From an uncultured Oscillospiraceae bacterium (GTDB taxonomy: Bacteria; Bacillota; Clostridia; Oscillospirales; Ruminococcaceae), in contig CAJUHS010000002.1 in NCBI GenBank assembly GCA_910586535.1, positions 167,790 through 231,789 of the forward strand: DNA of 64,000 nucleotides, given 5' to 3'. Below, in pieces: positions 47,190 to 57,003 of the stretch (its first letter is position 1; the number at the start of each line of letters is the position of its first letter). The position numbers and the translations under genes are program-made. The notes below the pieces were generated by a model, which was given only the letters and a program-made list of their open reading frames with translations, had not been told where the DNA came from and did not search any database.

Positions 47190-48182
47190 ATGACAGTACG
47201 CGAACAAACTGAAATTACAGAACTTGGCATTTTGTGCGAAGACGCCTGTACGTCAAAGGGTACGGGCAGACGCGTCCGCAGTGAATCCAAATGTCCGCTT
47301 AGAACGGAATTTCAGCGTGACAGGGACAGAATACTTCACTGCAATTCGTTCAGGAGACTGAAGCAAAAGACTCAGGTATTCCTCTCCCCAATAGGCGACC
47401 ATTACAGAACACGGCTCACACATACTCTTGAGGTGTCGCAGATCGCGCGTACTATTTCAAGGGCATTCAGGCTTAACGAGGATCTGACCGAAGCTATCGC
47501 CCTTGGACACGACTTGGGACACACTCCTTTCGGTCACTCCGGAGAGGACATTCTTAATGAGATATGCCCTTACGGCTTCAAGCACTACCTTCAAAGCGTC
47601 CGCGTGGTTGACTATATAGAAAACGACGGTGCAGGACTTAATCTTACATACGAAGTAAAAAACGGCATTGCCTGCCATACAAACAAGATTGCCGTTACAA
47701 AAGAGGGCTATATTGTGCGCCTTGCGGATAAGATAGCCTATATTAACCATGACATAGACGACTCAATACGTGCGGGAATGCTTAAAGAAGAAGACCTGCC
47801 AAAGTCAGCAACCGATATTCTTGGTAACAGCAAAAGCAAGCGTATTACAACTCTGATTACTTCTATTGTCAAAAACGGAGTAGAAAATATCCGTATGAGC
47901 GATGAAGTTAAAAAGGCTCATGACGAACTTCGGTCGTTTATGTTCGCAAATGTGTACCAAAATTCCACGGCAAAGGCTGAGGAAGCAAAAGCAAAAGCTA
48001 TGATAGAACGACTTTATATGTACTTTTTGCGGTATCCCGACAAGCTTCCCGACGAATACAAAAAAATTATGGCGAAATTTGACAAGGACAGAGCCGTGTG
48101 CGACTATATCGCCGGCATGACCGACGTTTACTCGGTCAATCTCTACAACGAACTGTTTATACCGAAAGGCTGGAAAAAATAA
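47190..48182 (+). CDS. dgt: dGTPase-like HD-domain triphosphohydrolase
   Basis: GGAGGTG RBS then ATG (MTVREQ…); HD motif (…THTLEVSQIARTI…GHDLGHTPFGH…). Confidence 0.85.
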   Translation: MTVREQTEITELGILCEDACTSKGTGRRVRSESKCPLRTEFQRDRDRILHCNSFRRLKQKTQVFLSPIGDHYRTRLTHTLEVSQIARTISRAFRLNEDLTEAIALGHDLGHTPFGHSGEDILNEICPYGFKHYLQSVRVVDYIENDGAGLNLTYEVKNGIACHTNKIAVTKEGYIVRLADKIAYINHDIDDSIRAGMLKEEDLPKSATDILGNSKSKRITTLITSIVKNGVENIRMSDEVKKAHDELRSFMFANVYQNSTAKAEEAKAKAMIERLYMYFLRYPDKLPDEYKKIMAKFDKDRAVCDYIAGMTDVYSVNLYNELFIPKGWKK

Positions 48183-49933
48183 TGGCGTTTCCCGAGCTGT
48201 TCATTCAGGAGCTCAAACAGAATAATCCTATTGACAGCGTTATGTCGTCATATGTCAGCCTTATACGCCGCGGCAGAGGCTGCGTTTGCCTATGTCCTTT
48301 TCACTCGGAAAAATCACCTTCCTGTACTGTTTTTCTTGACGCTGCCGATCCGCATTTTTACTGCTTCGGCTGCGGGGCAGGCGGGGACGTTATCACCTTT
48401 GTAATGAAAATCGAAAACCTCGGTTATGTTGAAGCTGTAAAATTCCTTGCCGACCGCGCGGGAATGACTATGCCTGAGGATTTGAAAAACGATGAAAGCT
48501 CGCGTATCAAATCACGAATTTTGGAAATAAATCGAACTGCCGCAAGATTTTTTTTCGACACCTTGACCCGATCTCCGGACGGTGAAAAAGGGCGGCGGTA
48601 TTTTGCAGAACGTCAGCTTTCCATGACCACCATTACAAAATATGGGTTGGGCTATGCTCCTAACGGCTGGAGCAATTTGTCCAATCATCTGCGTTCAAAG
48701 GGCTTTTACGACGAGGAGATTATTGCCGCTTTCCTCTGCAAACGCGGAAAAAAAGACGGTGTGTACGATGTTTTCCGGGACCGTGTTATGTTTCCAATTA
48801 TTGACTTGCGCGGAAACGTCATCGCTTTCGGAGGGCGTACTATAGACGGAGACGGTCCGAAATATGTTAACAGCTCCGACACGCCGGTATTCAAGAAAAG
48901 CCGTAATCTTTTTTCTCTTAATTTTGCAAAAAAATCGGAGGAAAAACGGCTTATCCTTGCTGAGGGTTATATGGACGTTATCGCCATAAATCAGGCTGGC
49001 TTTGAAAACGTTGTTGCAACTCTCGGTACGGCTCTCACGCAAGAACAGGCGCGGCTCATGTCCCAGTACGCAGAGGAGATAATAATTGCCTACGACTCGG
49101 ACGGAGCCGGACAGAACGCTACTCACAAGGCTATCAACCTGCTTTCCGAGGTAGGACTGCGTACCAAGATAATTAAAATGGATGGAGCCAAAGACCCTGA
49201 CGAGTACATAAAAAAATTTGGCGCACTCCGCTTCAAACAGCTTCTGGACAAATCGGGCGGCGCAATTGAGTTTGAACTTGAAAAATGCCGAGCGGGACTG
49301 GATACCGAAACTGACGAGGGCAGGATTGAGTACTTGAAGCGATGCGTAAACATTCTCGCGAACATCACCTCCCCTATTGAGCGCGAGGTCTACGCCGGCA
49401 GACTTGCGGAAGCTAACAGGGTGAACAAGGAAATGATTGTTCAACAGGTAAACGGTCTTATAAAAAAGAGACAAAATCAGTCAAAGAACAAAGAATGGAC
49501 TGAAATAAGAACGTTTCAAAAACAAATGCGTACGAATCCCGATTCCTACCGAAATCCAAAGGAATACAAAGCTGAGATCGGTATAATCGCCTATCTTGCG
49601 GCAAATCCGGACGATGCGGATTATATTTCATCAAGGATTGCTTCGGAACAATTTGCGACAGATTTCAACAAAAAAGTCTACTCCGTTATGCTGAAAAAGA
49701 TAAAAAATTCATCTTTTTCCGATATTCTTTCACTACAAAGTGAATTTAGCGCCGATGAAATGGGTAAAATAACCGAAATTGAAGTCAATAGCAAAGATGT
49801 AAATATTAATAAAACTGCTCTTGATGATTTTATTAATATTCTTATTTCATCAGCCGACAATTACGAGAGCGCAAAGGATATGTCGGATGACGAATTTTTA
49901 AAATATATTCAGAATTTAAAAAGAAAGAAGTAG
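48182..49933 (+). CDS. dnaG: DNA primase
   Basis: Start overlaps the dgt stop (TAATG); zinc-ribbon CxxH…CxxC (CLCPFHSEKSPSCTV…CFGCG), Toprim (EGYMDV…DSDGAG), C-terminal helicase-binding domain. Confidence 0.9.
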   Translation: MAFPELFIQELKQNNPIDSVMSSYVSLIRRGRGCVCLCPFHSEKSPSCTVFLDAADPHFYCFGCGAGGDVITFVMKIENLGYVEAVKFLADRAGMTMPEDLKNDESSRIKSRILEINRTAARFFFDTLTRSPDGEKGRRYFAERQLSMTTITKYGLGYAPNGWSNLSNHLRSKGFYDEEIIAAFLCKRGKKDGVYDVFRDRVMFPIIDLRGNVIAFGGRTIDGDGPKYVNSSDTPVFKKSRNLFSLNFAKKSEEKRLILAEGYMDVIAINQAGFENVVATLGTALTQEQARLMSQYAEEIIIAYDSDGAGQNATHKAINLLSEVGLRTKIIKMDGAKDPDEYIKKFGALRFKQLLDKSGGAIEFELEKCRAGLDTETDEGRIEYLKRCVNILANITSPIEREVYAGRLAEANRVNKEMIVQQVNGLIKKRQNQSKNKEWTEIRTFQKQMRTNPDSYRNPKEYKAEIGIIAYLAANPDDADYISSRIASEQFATDFNKKVYSVMLKKIKNSSFSDILSLQSEFSADEMGKITEIEVNSKDVNINKTALDDFINILISSADNYESAKDMSDDEFLKYIQNLKRKK

Positions 49934-49948
49934 GAAAGGATGACCTTT

Positions 49949-51028
49949 ATGTCAAATAACAAACGGACTATCGAAAGCCTTATGGAGCAGGGCAAGGCAA
50001 GCGGCAAGCTGTCCGCCAAGGAAATTACAGACGTGCTGGAAGAGCTTGAATACGATGTCGATCAAATGGAGGCTTTCTACGACAGCTGCTCAAATCTCAA
50101 CATCGAGGTCATTGAGGACTTCAGCATCGATACCGATCTGTCGCTCCCTCTGGACGCTACTGCGGACGATCTTGAACTTTCTCTCTCCACCGAAGGTATT
50201 GCTATTGACGACCCTGTTAAAATCTATCTGAAAGAAATTGGACGAGTTCCCCTTCTTACCGCCGAAGAGGAAATAGAGCTTGCGGAACGTATGGCTCAGG
50301 GTGATATCAAGGCAAGAAAGCGTCTTGCAGAAGCTAACCTTCGTCTCGTTGTTTCCATTGCAAAACGTTACGTAGGACGTGGTATGCAGTTCCTTGACCT
50401 TATACAGGAGGGAAACCTTGGTCTTATCAAGGCTGTTGAAAAGTTTGACCATACAAAAGGCTTTAAATTTTCCACATATGCCACATGGTGGATAAGACAA
50501 GCTATTACAAGAGCAATCGCCGATCAGGCTCGTACTATCCGTATTCCGGTGCACATGGTTGAGACCATCACAAAAGTGAAAAAAGCTTCGAGCCAGCTTC
50601 TGCACATGAACGGTCACGACCCATCCCCCGAGGAGATCGCGGAATTCACAGAAATGCCGGTGGAACGCGTCCGCGAAATAATGCGTATCGCACAGGATCC
50701 CGTTTCTCTTGAAACTCCTATCGGCGAGGAGGAGGACAGTCATCTGGGCGATTTCATTCCCGATGACGATGCGCCTGCTCCTGCAGAAGCCGCTTCTCTT
50801 ATACTGCTCAAAGAACAGCTTGGAGAAGTGCTTTCCACTCTTACCGAGCGGGAAGAAAAAGTCCTCAGGCTGCGCTTCGGTCTGGAAGACGGCAGAAGCC
50901 GTACCCTTGAGGAAGTGGGCAAAGAATTCAACGTTACACGTGAACGCATCCGCCAGATTGAGGCTAAAGCTCTCAGAAAGCTGAGACACCCCAGCAGAAG
51001 CAAAAAGGTCAAGGATTTTCTTGACTGA
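49949..51028 (+). CDS. rpoD: RNA polymerase primary sigma factor (sigma-70/SigA)
   Basis: Regions 1.2-4.2 present ([17 protein letters not shown]…, [18 protein letters not shown], …[24 protein letters not shown]…); AGGAAAGG RBS. Confidence 0.95.
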   Translation: MSNNKRTIESLMEQGKASGKLSAKEITDVLEELEYDVDQMEAFYDSCSNLNIEVIEDFSIDTDLSLPLDATADDLELSLSTEGIAIDDPVKIYLKEIGRVPLLTAEEEIELAERMAQGDIKARKRLAEANLRLVVSIAKRYVGRGMQFLDLIQEGNLGLIKAVEKFDHTKGFKFSTYATWWIRQAITRAIADQARTIRIPVHMVETITKVKKASSQLLHMNGHDPSPEEIAEFTEMPVERVREIMRIAQDPVSLETPIGEEEDSHLGDFIPDDDAPAPAEAASLILLKEQLGEVLSTLTEREEKVLRLRFGLEDGRSRTLEEVGKEFNVTRERIRQIEAKALRKLRHPSRSKKVKDFLD

Positions 51029-51110
51029 CAGCTGATCCGGAAGCTCGTAAAAATAAAATGAAAGGAGTAATTTCCGCCGCCTGTTTTGCTGCGGCTGAAA
51101 TAGCATTATT

Positions 51111-51512
51111 ATGCAAATCACATTGGAATCAGATTACGCTGTAAGAATAGTCAGCTGCCTTGCTGAATCAAAGCGGCGCATGGACGCAAAAACAATTTCA
51201 GAGCAAACCTGCGTAACTCTTAGATTTGCTCTTAAAATTCTGCGCAAGCTTGTGGCAAGCGGCATTATAAAATCTTTTAAGGGCACTCAGGGCGGATACG
51301 AGCTTGCTAAAACACCTCAGGAAATTTCTCTTAAGGACGTTATTGAAACCGTAGAGGGCAGATACTTCTTAAGCAAATGTCTTTCAGACAGCTATGACTG
51401 TAACCGCGGTATGTCCGGGATATGCCGCTTTCAAAAAGTGTACGATGAAATTTCCTCCGATGTGGAAAAAAAGTTGGCCTCATACACATTTGATATGTTC
51501 ATTGATACATAA
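51111..51512 (+). CDS. Rrf2 family transcriptional regulator (three-Cys, probable Fe-S type)
   Basis: 133 aa; Rrf2 HTH N-terminus and CLSDSYDCNRGMSGIC cysteine triad. Confidence 0.8.
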   Translation: MQITLESDYAVRIVSCLAESKRRMDAKTISEQTCVTLRFALKILRKLVASGIIKSFKGTQGGYELAKTPQEISLKDVIETVEGRYFLSKCLSDSYDCNRGMSGICRFQKVYDEISSDVEKKLASYTFDMFIDT

Positions 51513-51531
51513 TCCTTAAAACAAAACTAAT

Positions 51532-51573
51532 GGGATAGAAACGAAATGCTGTTTCTATCCCATTTTTGATTTT
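51532..51573. terminator. Terminator (GGGATAGAAAC stem), near-identical to the one at 38914
   Basis: GGGATAGAAACgaaatgctGTTTCTATCCC followed by ATTTTTGATTTT. Confidence 0.65.
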
Positions 51574-51577
51574 AAGA

Positions 51578-53359
51578 TCAGCCGTAATATGCGGTGATGG
51601 TAATATCGCTCTTAATATTTTCAAGGCTCTTGTCCCAACCAAGGAAACGGTTTCCGTTGCTGTCGGTTATAGGCCAGAACGGAGGCTCTGCGGTCTGTCC
51701 GTCAGGAGTTTTTACAGTATAGAACTGACCGTCTATTATAAAAGTGACAGTATGATACTCGCCTGTTGCAAATACCGCTGTGATAGTGGTATCAATTATA
51801 ATATTGTCAAGTGACTTATCCCAGCCTATAAAGCGGTTTCCATTAACATCTGTGCTGGGTATATACGGAGGAATAACAGCTCCCCCATGTTCAACCTGAA
51901 CTGGGTAAGTGTCGTTTTCCACAACAAATGTAACCGTATGAGTACTTGCCTGTTCAAGGATCGCAGAAATAACAATATCTTCAGTAATATTTATAAAATC
52001 CTTGTCCCAGCCTTTAAAGATGTAACCCTCCACATTTATAGTTGACGGCAGATTGGCAGATTTCCCGTGTTCAACCTGAATAGTATTCGACTTGTTTCCG
52101 ATCACTACCGTTACAGTATGCATGATTTCATTCGAATCGGAGGCAAATTCGTTGAACTGAGCTGTAATAATCCTATCCTCTGTAATATTGTCAAACGAAC
52201 CGTCCCAGCCGATAAATTCCAGACCTTCTATAACCGGATCTTCAGGTTTAACGGCATTTCCGCCATGGATTATTTCCTGAATAGTTTCTTCGCCGTCTAC
52301 AACAATTGTGACCGTATGGTAAACCCCGCTGTTATCCGAGGTTTCCGCAGGAACAGTTTCTGTGGCAGGTACAGTAGTAGTAACAGGCGCCGCCGTTGTT
52401 GTAACTATCGGAGCAGCTGTTGTGTATCCGGGAAGAGTTGTTTCTGTAGGAGCGGGCGCAGTTGTGACAATAGGCTCGGCAGTCTGAATGGTATCGGAGC
52501 TGTCAGTTACCGTCTCGTCCGGCTTCTGCTCAATAGGAGGCGCCGCCTCATTGTCATTGCCGTCTGCCTTTTTATCGTATGCTGCTTTTAATTCTTCTGG
52601 AGTATAGGGAAACTCTCCGCCTATAATTGCGGCAATGGTTATTAGATTTTTCAGATCGGAAGCGGAAAGCTCCTCCAAATCAAAATCCAAATTTAGCGCT
52701 TCAAAGGAAGGACCGTCTTCAGAGACTATCCGTCCCCATTTTTTAGCTATCTGAAGCTCCGCGTTATTTACAGGATTTCCGGCCGCGTCATAAAGCTGAA
52801 TACTGTTATCGCCCATAAAGGTGTACAGGTCGGTATAGGACATAAACTCGTTAGTACTGTAGGAAATTTTTGACACACTTTTATCTGTCGAGATCATAGA
52901 GTCAGCAGTCCTTATGTTTATTGAGCAGCGATCCTCGTCCGCAAAATTTCCTATTACCGAACCGCTTCTCAGAAAAAGCTCTCCGTTTTCCTTGCCGTTA
53001 AATTCTCCCGACACAACGACCTGGGAATCCGAACAGAGAACAATATAATTTTTCTCTGAATTTTTCTTTCCTTTATAGGTAAGTATGCATGAGGAATCCG
53101 CTCCGAGAGTAACAATATCACCGTTTTTAAGCATATCACCGCTTGCAGAGCTTGTTACGGAATCGGAATTTGTAACGCTTACGCTTCCCGAAGCTGACGA
53201 TATGTACAGTCCGTATGAGGAGCCTCCGCCTCCGGTTACAACAACCAGTGTAATAACTACCGCGATCAGCGCACATCCTCCGAGGATAAGCGGTATCTTA
53301 AAATTATTTATAAAGTCTTTCATAAATGTTATGCCCGATCCGGTTATAGTCCGGATCAT
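51578..53359 (-). CDS. Membrane-anchored protein with FecR-like domain, Thr/Pro-rich linker and four C-terminal Flg_new (Listeria-Bacteroides) repeats
   Basis: 593 aa; N-terminal TM; four about 60-aa repeats each containing G[W]D…F…NITED…I.A.F and a FKGW/FIGW/FLGW motif typical of Flg_new/InlB-B-repeat domains. Confidence 0.6.
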   Translation of the reverse strand: MIRTITGSGITFMKDFINNFKIPLILGGCALIAVVITLVVVTGGGGSSYGLYISSASGSVSVTNSDSVTSSASGDMLKNGDIVTLGADSSCILTYKGKKNSEKNYIVLCSDSQVVVSGEFNGKENGELFLRSGSVIGNFADEDRCSINIRTADSMISTDKSVSKISYSTNEFMSYTDLYTFMGDNSIQLYDAAGNPVNNAELQIAKKWGRIVSEDGPSFEALNLDFDLEELSASDLKNLITIAAIIGGEFPYTPEELKAAYDKKADGNDNEAAPPIEQKPDETVTDSSDTIQTAEPIVTTAPAPTETTLPGYTTAAPIVTTTAAPVTTTVPATETVPAETSDNSGVYHTVTIVVDGEETIQEIIHGGNAVKPEDPVIEGLEFIGWDGSFDNITEDRIITAQFNEFASDSNEIMHTVTVVIGNKSNTIQVEHGKSANLPSTINVEGYIFKGWDKDFINITEDIVISAILEQASTHTVTFVVENDTYPVQVEHGGAVIPPYIPSTDVNGNRFIGWDKSLDNIIIDTTITAVFATGEYHTVTFIIDGQFYTVKTPDGQTAEPPFWPITDSNGNRFLGWDKSLENIKSDITITAYYG

Positions 53360-53368
53360 CTCCTTTCA

Positions 53369-54505
53369 TTAATTTTCAGCTTCGGAAGTTCCTGCGGTAA
53401 CAGTAGACTCATCACTGAAATTATCGTCTGTCTCTGCAAACCAGTCTTCATAGCCGTCGGTGCCGGTATTGGTATTTCCTGTTATCTCCCACCATTTTAC
53501 GCCCGAGTAGGTAGTATATACATGGGTCTTCAGAGTTGTACCCAGCGTTCCGTATGACTCATCGTCCGTTTCAGTTTCCTCAATAGGCGGAGAAGTTGTC
53601 ACGACAGTAGTTTCTGTGGCAGTTACTGTAGTTGTTACAGTAGTATCGGAGGAATCATCTGTAACCGATTCGGTTGCCGTTTCCTGCTTGAGCCGTTCGT
53701 CCCTTACAATCTTATAGGCATGATTTAGTTCCTCAGGAGTAAACGCAAGCTCCTTTTCAGCGCACGCCCGTATAAGCTCTCCGAGCGTCGAATCGTTAAG
53801 GGTAAGCAGATCGAAGCTGTAATTAAGATATCCGTATTTGCACATTTCCTCCGAAGTAAGCATTTGAGCCGCAGTACGTTCAATAAGCAGCATAGGCAGT
53901 TCATAGGGCTGCTTATCTGCATCGTAAAGCTGGAGAGAGACCGTGCCGTCAAAATTTTGCACCTGAGTTATCATAACATCCTTATAACCCATATACTCCT
54001 TTACATAGTCAAATTCAGCCCGAAATGCCGTTCCCTTTACCGAAACGGAGCTGTTAGGAGTTTTAAGTGAAAACGTGGCGTTTTTCTTCAGCTTGTTGTT
54101 AAGCCGGCAAATTACCGCTCCTCTGGTCAGGTTTACGGAAATGTCGCCTTTTGAGTCAACATCGGTAAAATATATGTATACTGTGGACTCCGGTTCTATC
54201 CAGACAAATTTATCCCTGTCAACACTTATCCGCACAAAGCTGTCCTCTGCAGTAGTAATAATGTCTCCGCTTTTCAGTGCAAACTGCTTATCCGCGTTAA
54301 GCCGTCTGCTGTCGCGGGAAATAAAAGCCGTACCGCTGATATCGGTAACAATAAGCTGTCTTGCCACGTCTCCGCCAAAATACAGGCTTAAAACTATAGC
54401 TCCCGCAAGAACCATAAGTATACTTATAACGCCGATCATTATAAGCTTTAAATTTTCGGAAAGGATCTTTATCAAATCACAGCCGCCTTTCAAAACTGCA
54501 AACAT
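53369..54505 (-). CDS. Paralog of the preceding gene: membrane-anchored FecR-like domain protein with Thr-rich acidic tail, no Flg_new repeats
   Basis: 378 aa; aligned blocks with the neighbour (SLQLYDADKQPYELP vs SIQLYDAAGNPVNNAEL; FTPEELNHAYK vs YTPEELKAAYD). Confidence 0.55.
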   Translation of the reverse strand: MFAVLKGGCDLIKILSENLKLIMIGVISILMVLAGAIVLSLYFGGDVARQLIVTDISGTAFISRDSRRLNADKQFALKSGDIITTAEDSFVRISVDRDKFVWIEPESTVYIYFTDVDSKGDISVNLTRGAVICRLNNKLKKNATFSLKTPNSSVSVKGTAFRAEFDYVKEYMGYKDVMITQVQNFDGTVSLQLYDADKQPYELPMLLIERTAAQMLTSEEMCKYGYLNYSFDLLTLNDSTLGELIRACAEKELAFTPEELNHAYKIVRDERLKQETATESVTDDSSDTTVTTTVTATETTVVTTSPPIEETETDDESYGTLGTTLKTHVYTTYSGVKWWEITGNTNTGTDGYEDWFAETDDNFSDESTVTAGTSEAEN

Positions 54506-54729
54506 TTTTCTATGTCTGATATCCCGCGTAAATTTCTTCGGGTCTTAATAATCAGAATGACATACGGATAAACTTTTAACATTTTCAGCCGCACACACAA
54601 TTACACTTTATTATACCACACATCTGTTTTTTTGTCAAAGCATTTTAGAGATTTTGTCGATTTTCAGAAAACCAACACATTTGACTCGCCTAGAAAGCTT
54701 ATCGCTTAAAATTTCCGAGAAAAGAAAAA

Positions 54730-54760
54730 GGGGGCAGAGTTAGTCAAAACCCCTGTCCCC
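54730..54760 (-). terminator. Terminator of rnpB
   Basis: Minus-strand RNA GGGGACAGGGG…CUCUGCCCCC stem followed by UUUUUCUUUUCUC. Confidence 0.5.
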
Positions 54761-54764
54761 ATTA

Positions 54765-55150
54765 TGGCAAAGCTTAACGCAGTCAGCGAAAAGCTTCGGT
54801 ATTGCGACTAAGCCGATAAGCCGGGTTTTGTCGTGTGCGGAAATCTATCTGGGCGAATCGTCGCCGAAACGCTCAAGCCGTCGTTGCAATGCGTCTGCCG
54901 AGCAGACAATAACGCATTGTTCCAAAATGACGTTGCATCGGACAGGGTTTACATGGCAGCGCAGTCTCCTGCGCTCCGGTGAGCTCTTACCTCGCCTTTC
55001 CACCCTTGCCGGAAAACCGGCGGTATATCTCTGTTGCACTATCCCTAAGGTCGCCCTCGGCTGCCGTTAGCAGCTGTCCTGCTCTATGATGCCCGGACTT
55101 TCCTAACGCAGACGCGCAATGCGCATAAAGCGTTCAACCGCATAGCTTAC
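54765..55150 (-). ncRNA. rnpB: RNase P RNA (ribozyme component of RNase P), bacterial type
   Basis: The minus strand carries both universally conserved P4 blocks. The first is …GTTAGGAAAGTCCGGGCATC… (plus-strand 55085-55105 reverse-complemented). The second is …ACGACAAAACCCGGCTTATCGGC… (plus-strand 54803-54825). 5' and 3' ends can pair (GGUUGAACGC / GCGUUAAGCU, P1). TTGACA-17-TATACT promoter at 55161-55189 (minus) and a downstream terminator. No ORF of substance; about 385 nt. Confidence 0.85.
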
Positions 55151-55160
55151 TCGCATTATA

Positions 55161-55189
55161 AGTATACCACATATTTTTGCGGATGTCAA
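55161..55189 (-). promoter_or_regulatory. Sigma-A promoter of rnpB
   Basis: On the minus strand: TTGACA (55189-55184), 17-nt spacer, TATACT (55166-55161), then TATAAT-like extension. Confidence 0.5.
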
Positions 55190-55270
55190 ATACGTATAAA
55201 TATTTTAAAAAAGCAGGAATTTTTTTACCGCTTTTTGCGAAAAACTCATTCCTGCCTTTTGTTTTTAAAA

Positions 55271-56146
55271 TTATTTGAACAGATCTCCGTTTTCGACCCA
55301 CAGATCCAAAGAGCTGGGATCTCCCGCCGCAGCCGCTCTGAGGACAATGCTTGTGTCCTTCATTGGAAGTGAACTGCAATTTTTTCCCACGCTTATATCA
55401 CCGTCGGCAGTTTTAAAGCTGCCGCGCTCAAAGCTCATATGAGAAACATTGCTGTTTGCCGATTTATCCGAAATAACACTCTTCACAACGGAAGCAAGCT
55501 TCTTTGACGGGAAACCATACTGTGATTTAGCATTGAACCGCAAATTAGACAACTCGCTTGCAACAGCGTCTCTCATCTTTCTGTTCATGCCCATAATATT
55601 TCCTCTTCTGTCCACAGAAAGCTCGGAAATATCCTGTCCGAAGCACTTTTCCAAAGCTTCTGCAACAACGGAATAATAAGCCTCGGTCATTTTGCCGTTT
55701 AGTATTTTAGAAGCGTTCGCAATACTGTCAATATCTACCTTTTTCATTGATTTGTTCAAAGCGTTCTGAACTCCGCTGAGATACTTTTCGTCGGAAATTT
55801 CCGTTATTTTCGCTTCGCCGCTGTTTACGTCATAATCAAACTTAAAACTGATATTTTCAGGTACGCCCTCGTCAGAAAGATTTTTCTTCATAGCATCGTC
55901 AAAATTTCCGCAGGACTTTGAAAGAGTCAGCATAGACTTAGCCGCCTTTACACGGTAATCGCCAAGACTTGCGGAAGTACCGAGTTCTTTCAGCGAATCG
56001 CTTGTAATGTTTGAGAAACGATCATATTTAAAGCCGCTGTTGTTCTTAACACCCGACGTCTGCTTAAGCGTTTTGCGGGAAGAACGATTTGCTGACAGTC
56101 CCAGCGCACTGATACGGCGGCGCATACCGCTAATATTCTTTAACAT
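55271..56146 (-). CDS. Hypothetical soluble protein (about 290 aa), third gene of the DUF1538/P-II operon
   Basis: AAAAGGGG RBS before the ATG at 56146 (MLKNISGMRRR…); Ser/Lys-rich, no recognisable domain or TM. Confidence 0.45.
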   Translation of the reverse strand: MLKNISGMRRRISALGLSANRSSRKTLKQTSGVKNNSGFKYDRFSNITSDSLKELGTSASLGDYRVKAAKSMLTLSKSCGNFDDAMKKNLSDEGVPENISFKFDYDVNSGEAKITEISDEKYLSGVQNALNKSMKKVDIDSIANASKILNGKMTEAYYSVVAEALEKCFGQDISELSVDRRGNIMGMNRKMRDAVASELSNLRFNAKSQYGFPSKKLASVVKSVISDKSANSNVSHMSFERGSFKTADGDISVGKNCSSLPMKDTSIVLRAAAAGDPSSLDLWVENGDLFK

Positions 56147-56240
56147 ATAAAAAGACCCCTTTTCGTCATATATAATATATATCGGCACAAATTCAAAAAA
56201 CTTTAGGAAAAATAACTACTTTTCCTAAAGTTTTTTGAAA

Positions 56241-56921
56241 CTATTTTACAATATCTTCTATTCTGACGCTTGTTCCCGCAAGGCCAAGCGCACTGTCAAC
56301 CGGGAGCGAGAAGCATATTCCGCGGCTTTCGGTTAGGATTCCAGCCGCGTCAAGGATATTCTGCATGACCCTTTCCCTGTCTTCCCTGCCGACAACAATG
56401 AGTACTACGTCCTTTTCAGGCTGAATTGATATGCCCAGAAATTTTGCCGCTTCTTCGCCGCCAAGTCCCAGACCGTGCAAAAGTGTTCCTCCGCGTGCCC
56501 CTGCCGCTTTGGAAGCCTCTTTGACAGCCTCAAATCCGCCTCGGTTCACAATAGTTATTATCATTTCGTATTTGGCTTCGGACATTTCGTTATCTCCCTC
56601 CGTTTCGGGTTTAGTACCGTTTATCGCAAACGCCGTTCCTGACGCTCCGCTGATAGGTACTGTAAAGGCTATACCCCTGCCTGCCTCGCTGAGAGACAGC
56701 TTTTTATTAAATGTATCGTAAAGCTTCATCACCCGTCCGTTTGGTACAAACACCGCGGCAATAACTTTTTTGTTGTCACCGAGACCAAGATAATCGAGCA
56801 TAGCCGAGTCAGCCGAACCGTGACCGTGAAGCAGGAAACGGCACGGAAGATTCTCCCGCTCAAGAATGCTGTGTACGTCCTGCGCGCGTCTATAGTCCGC
56901 TATCAGAAACATTGCTTTCAC
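56241..56921 (-). CDS. Tandem P-II-like (GlnB superfamily fold) protein, two about 100-aa repeats
   Basis: Two halves each with a P-II-like pattern (GARGGTLLHGLGLGGEE… / …EAGRGIAFTVPI). Probable GTG start with GGAGAG RBS; located immediately downstream of the DUF1538 gene. Confidence 0.55.
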   Translation of the reverse strand: MKAMFLIADYRRAQDVHSILERENLPCRFLLHGHGSADSAMLDYLGLGDNKKVIAAVFVPNGRVMKLYDTFNKKLSLSEAGRGIAFTVPISGASGTAFAINGTKPETEGDNEMSEAKYEMIITIVNRGGFEAVKEASKAAGARGGTLLHGLGLGGEEAAKFLGISIQPEKDVVLIVVGREDRERVMQNILDAAGILTESRGICFSLPVDSALGLAGTSVRIEDIVK

Positions 56922-57003
56922 TTTCCGGCTCTCCTTTCTCGTGCGTGGTATTTTTACTTTTAGATTAAATCCCCTAACTATCAAAATTCATTTGCATCTG
57001 TCG

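Noticed and set aside
48695-49474. 259-aa minus-strand ORF
   Set aside because: Antisense to dnaG.
50090-51121. 343-aa minus-strand ORF
   Set aside because: Antisense to rpoD. The translated sequence is low-complexity.
52067-52591. 174-aa Cys/Arg-rich plus-strand ORF
   Set aside because: Antisense to the Thr/Pro-rich linker region of the FecR/Flg_new protein. This is a codon-mirror artefact.
54828-55379. Short ORFs 54828-55070 (+), 54845-55039 (-), 55134-55379 (-)
   Set aside because: They overlap the RNase P RNA gene and its promoter. The GC-rich structured RNA explains the open frames.
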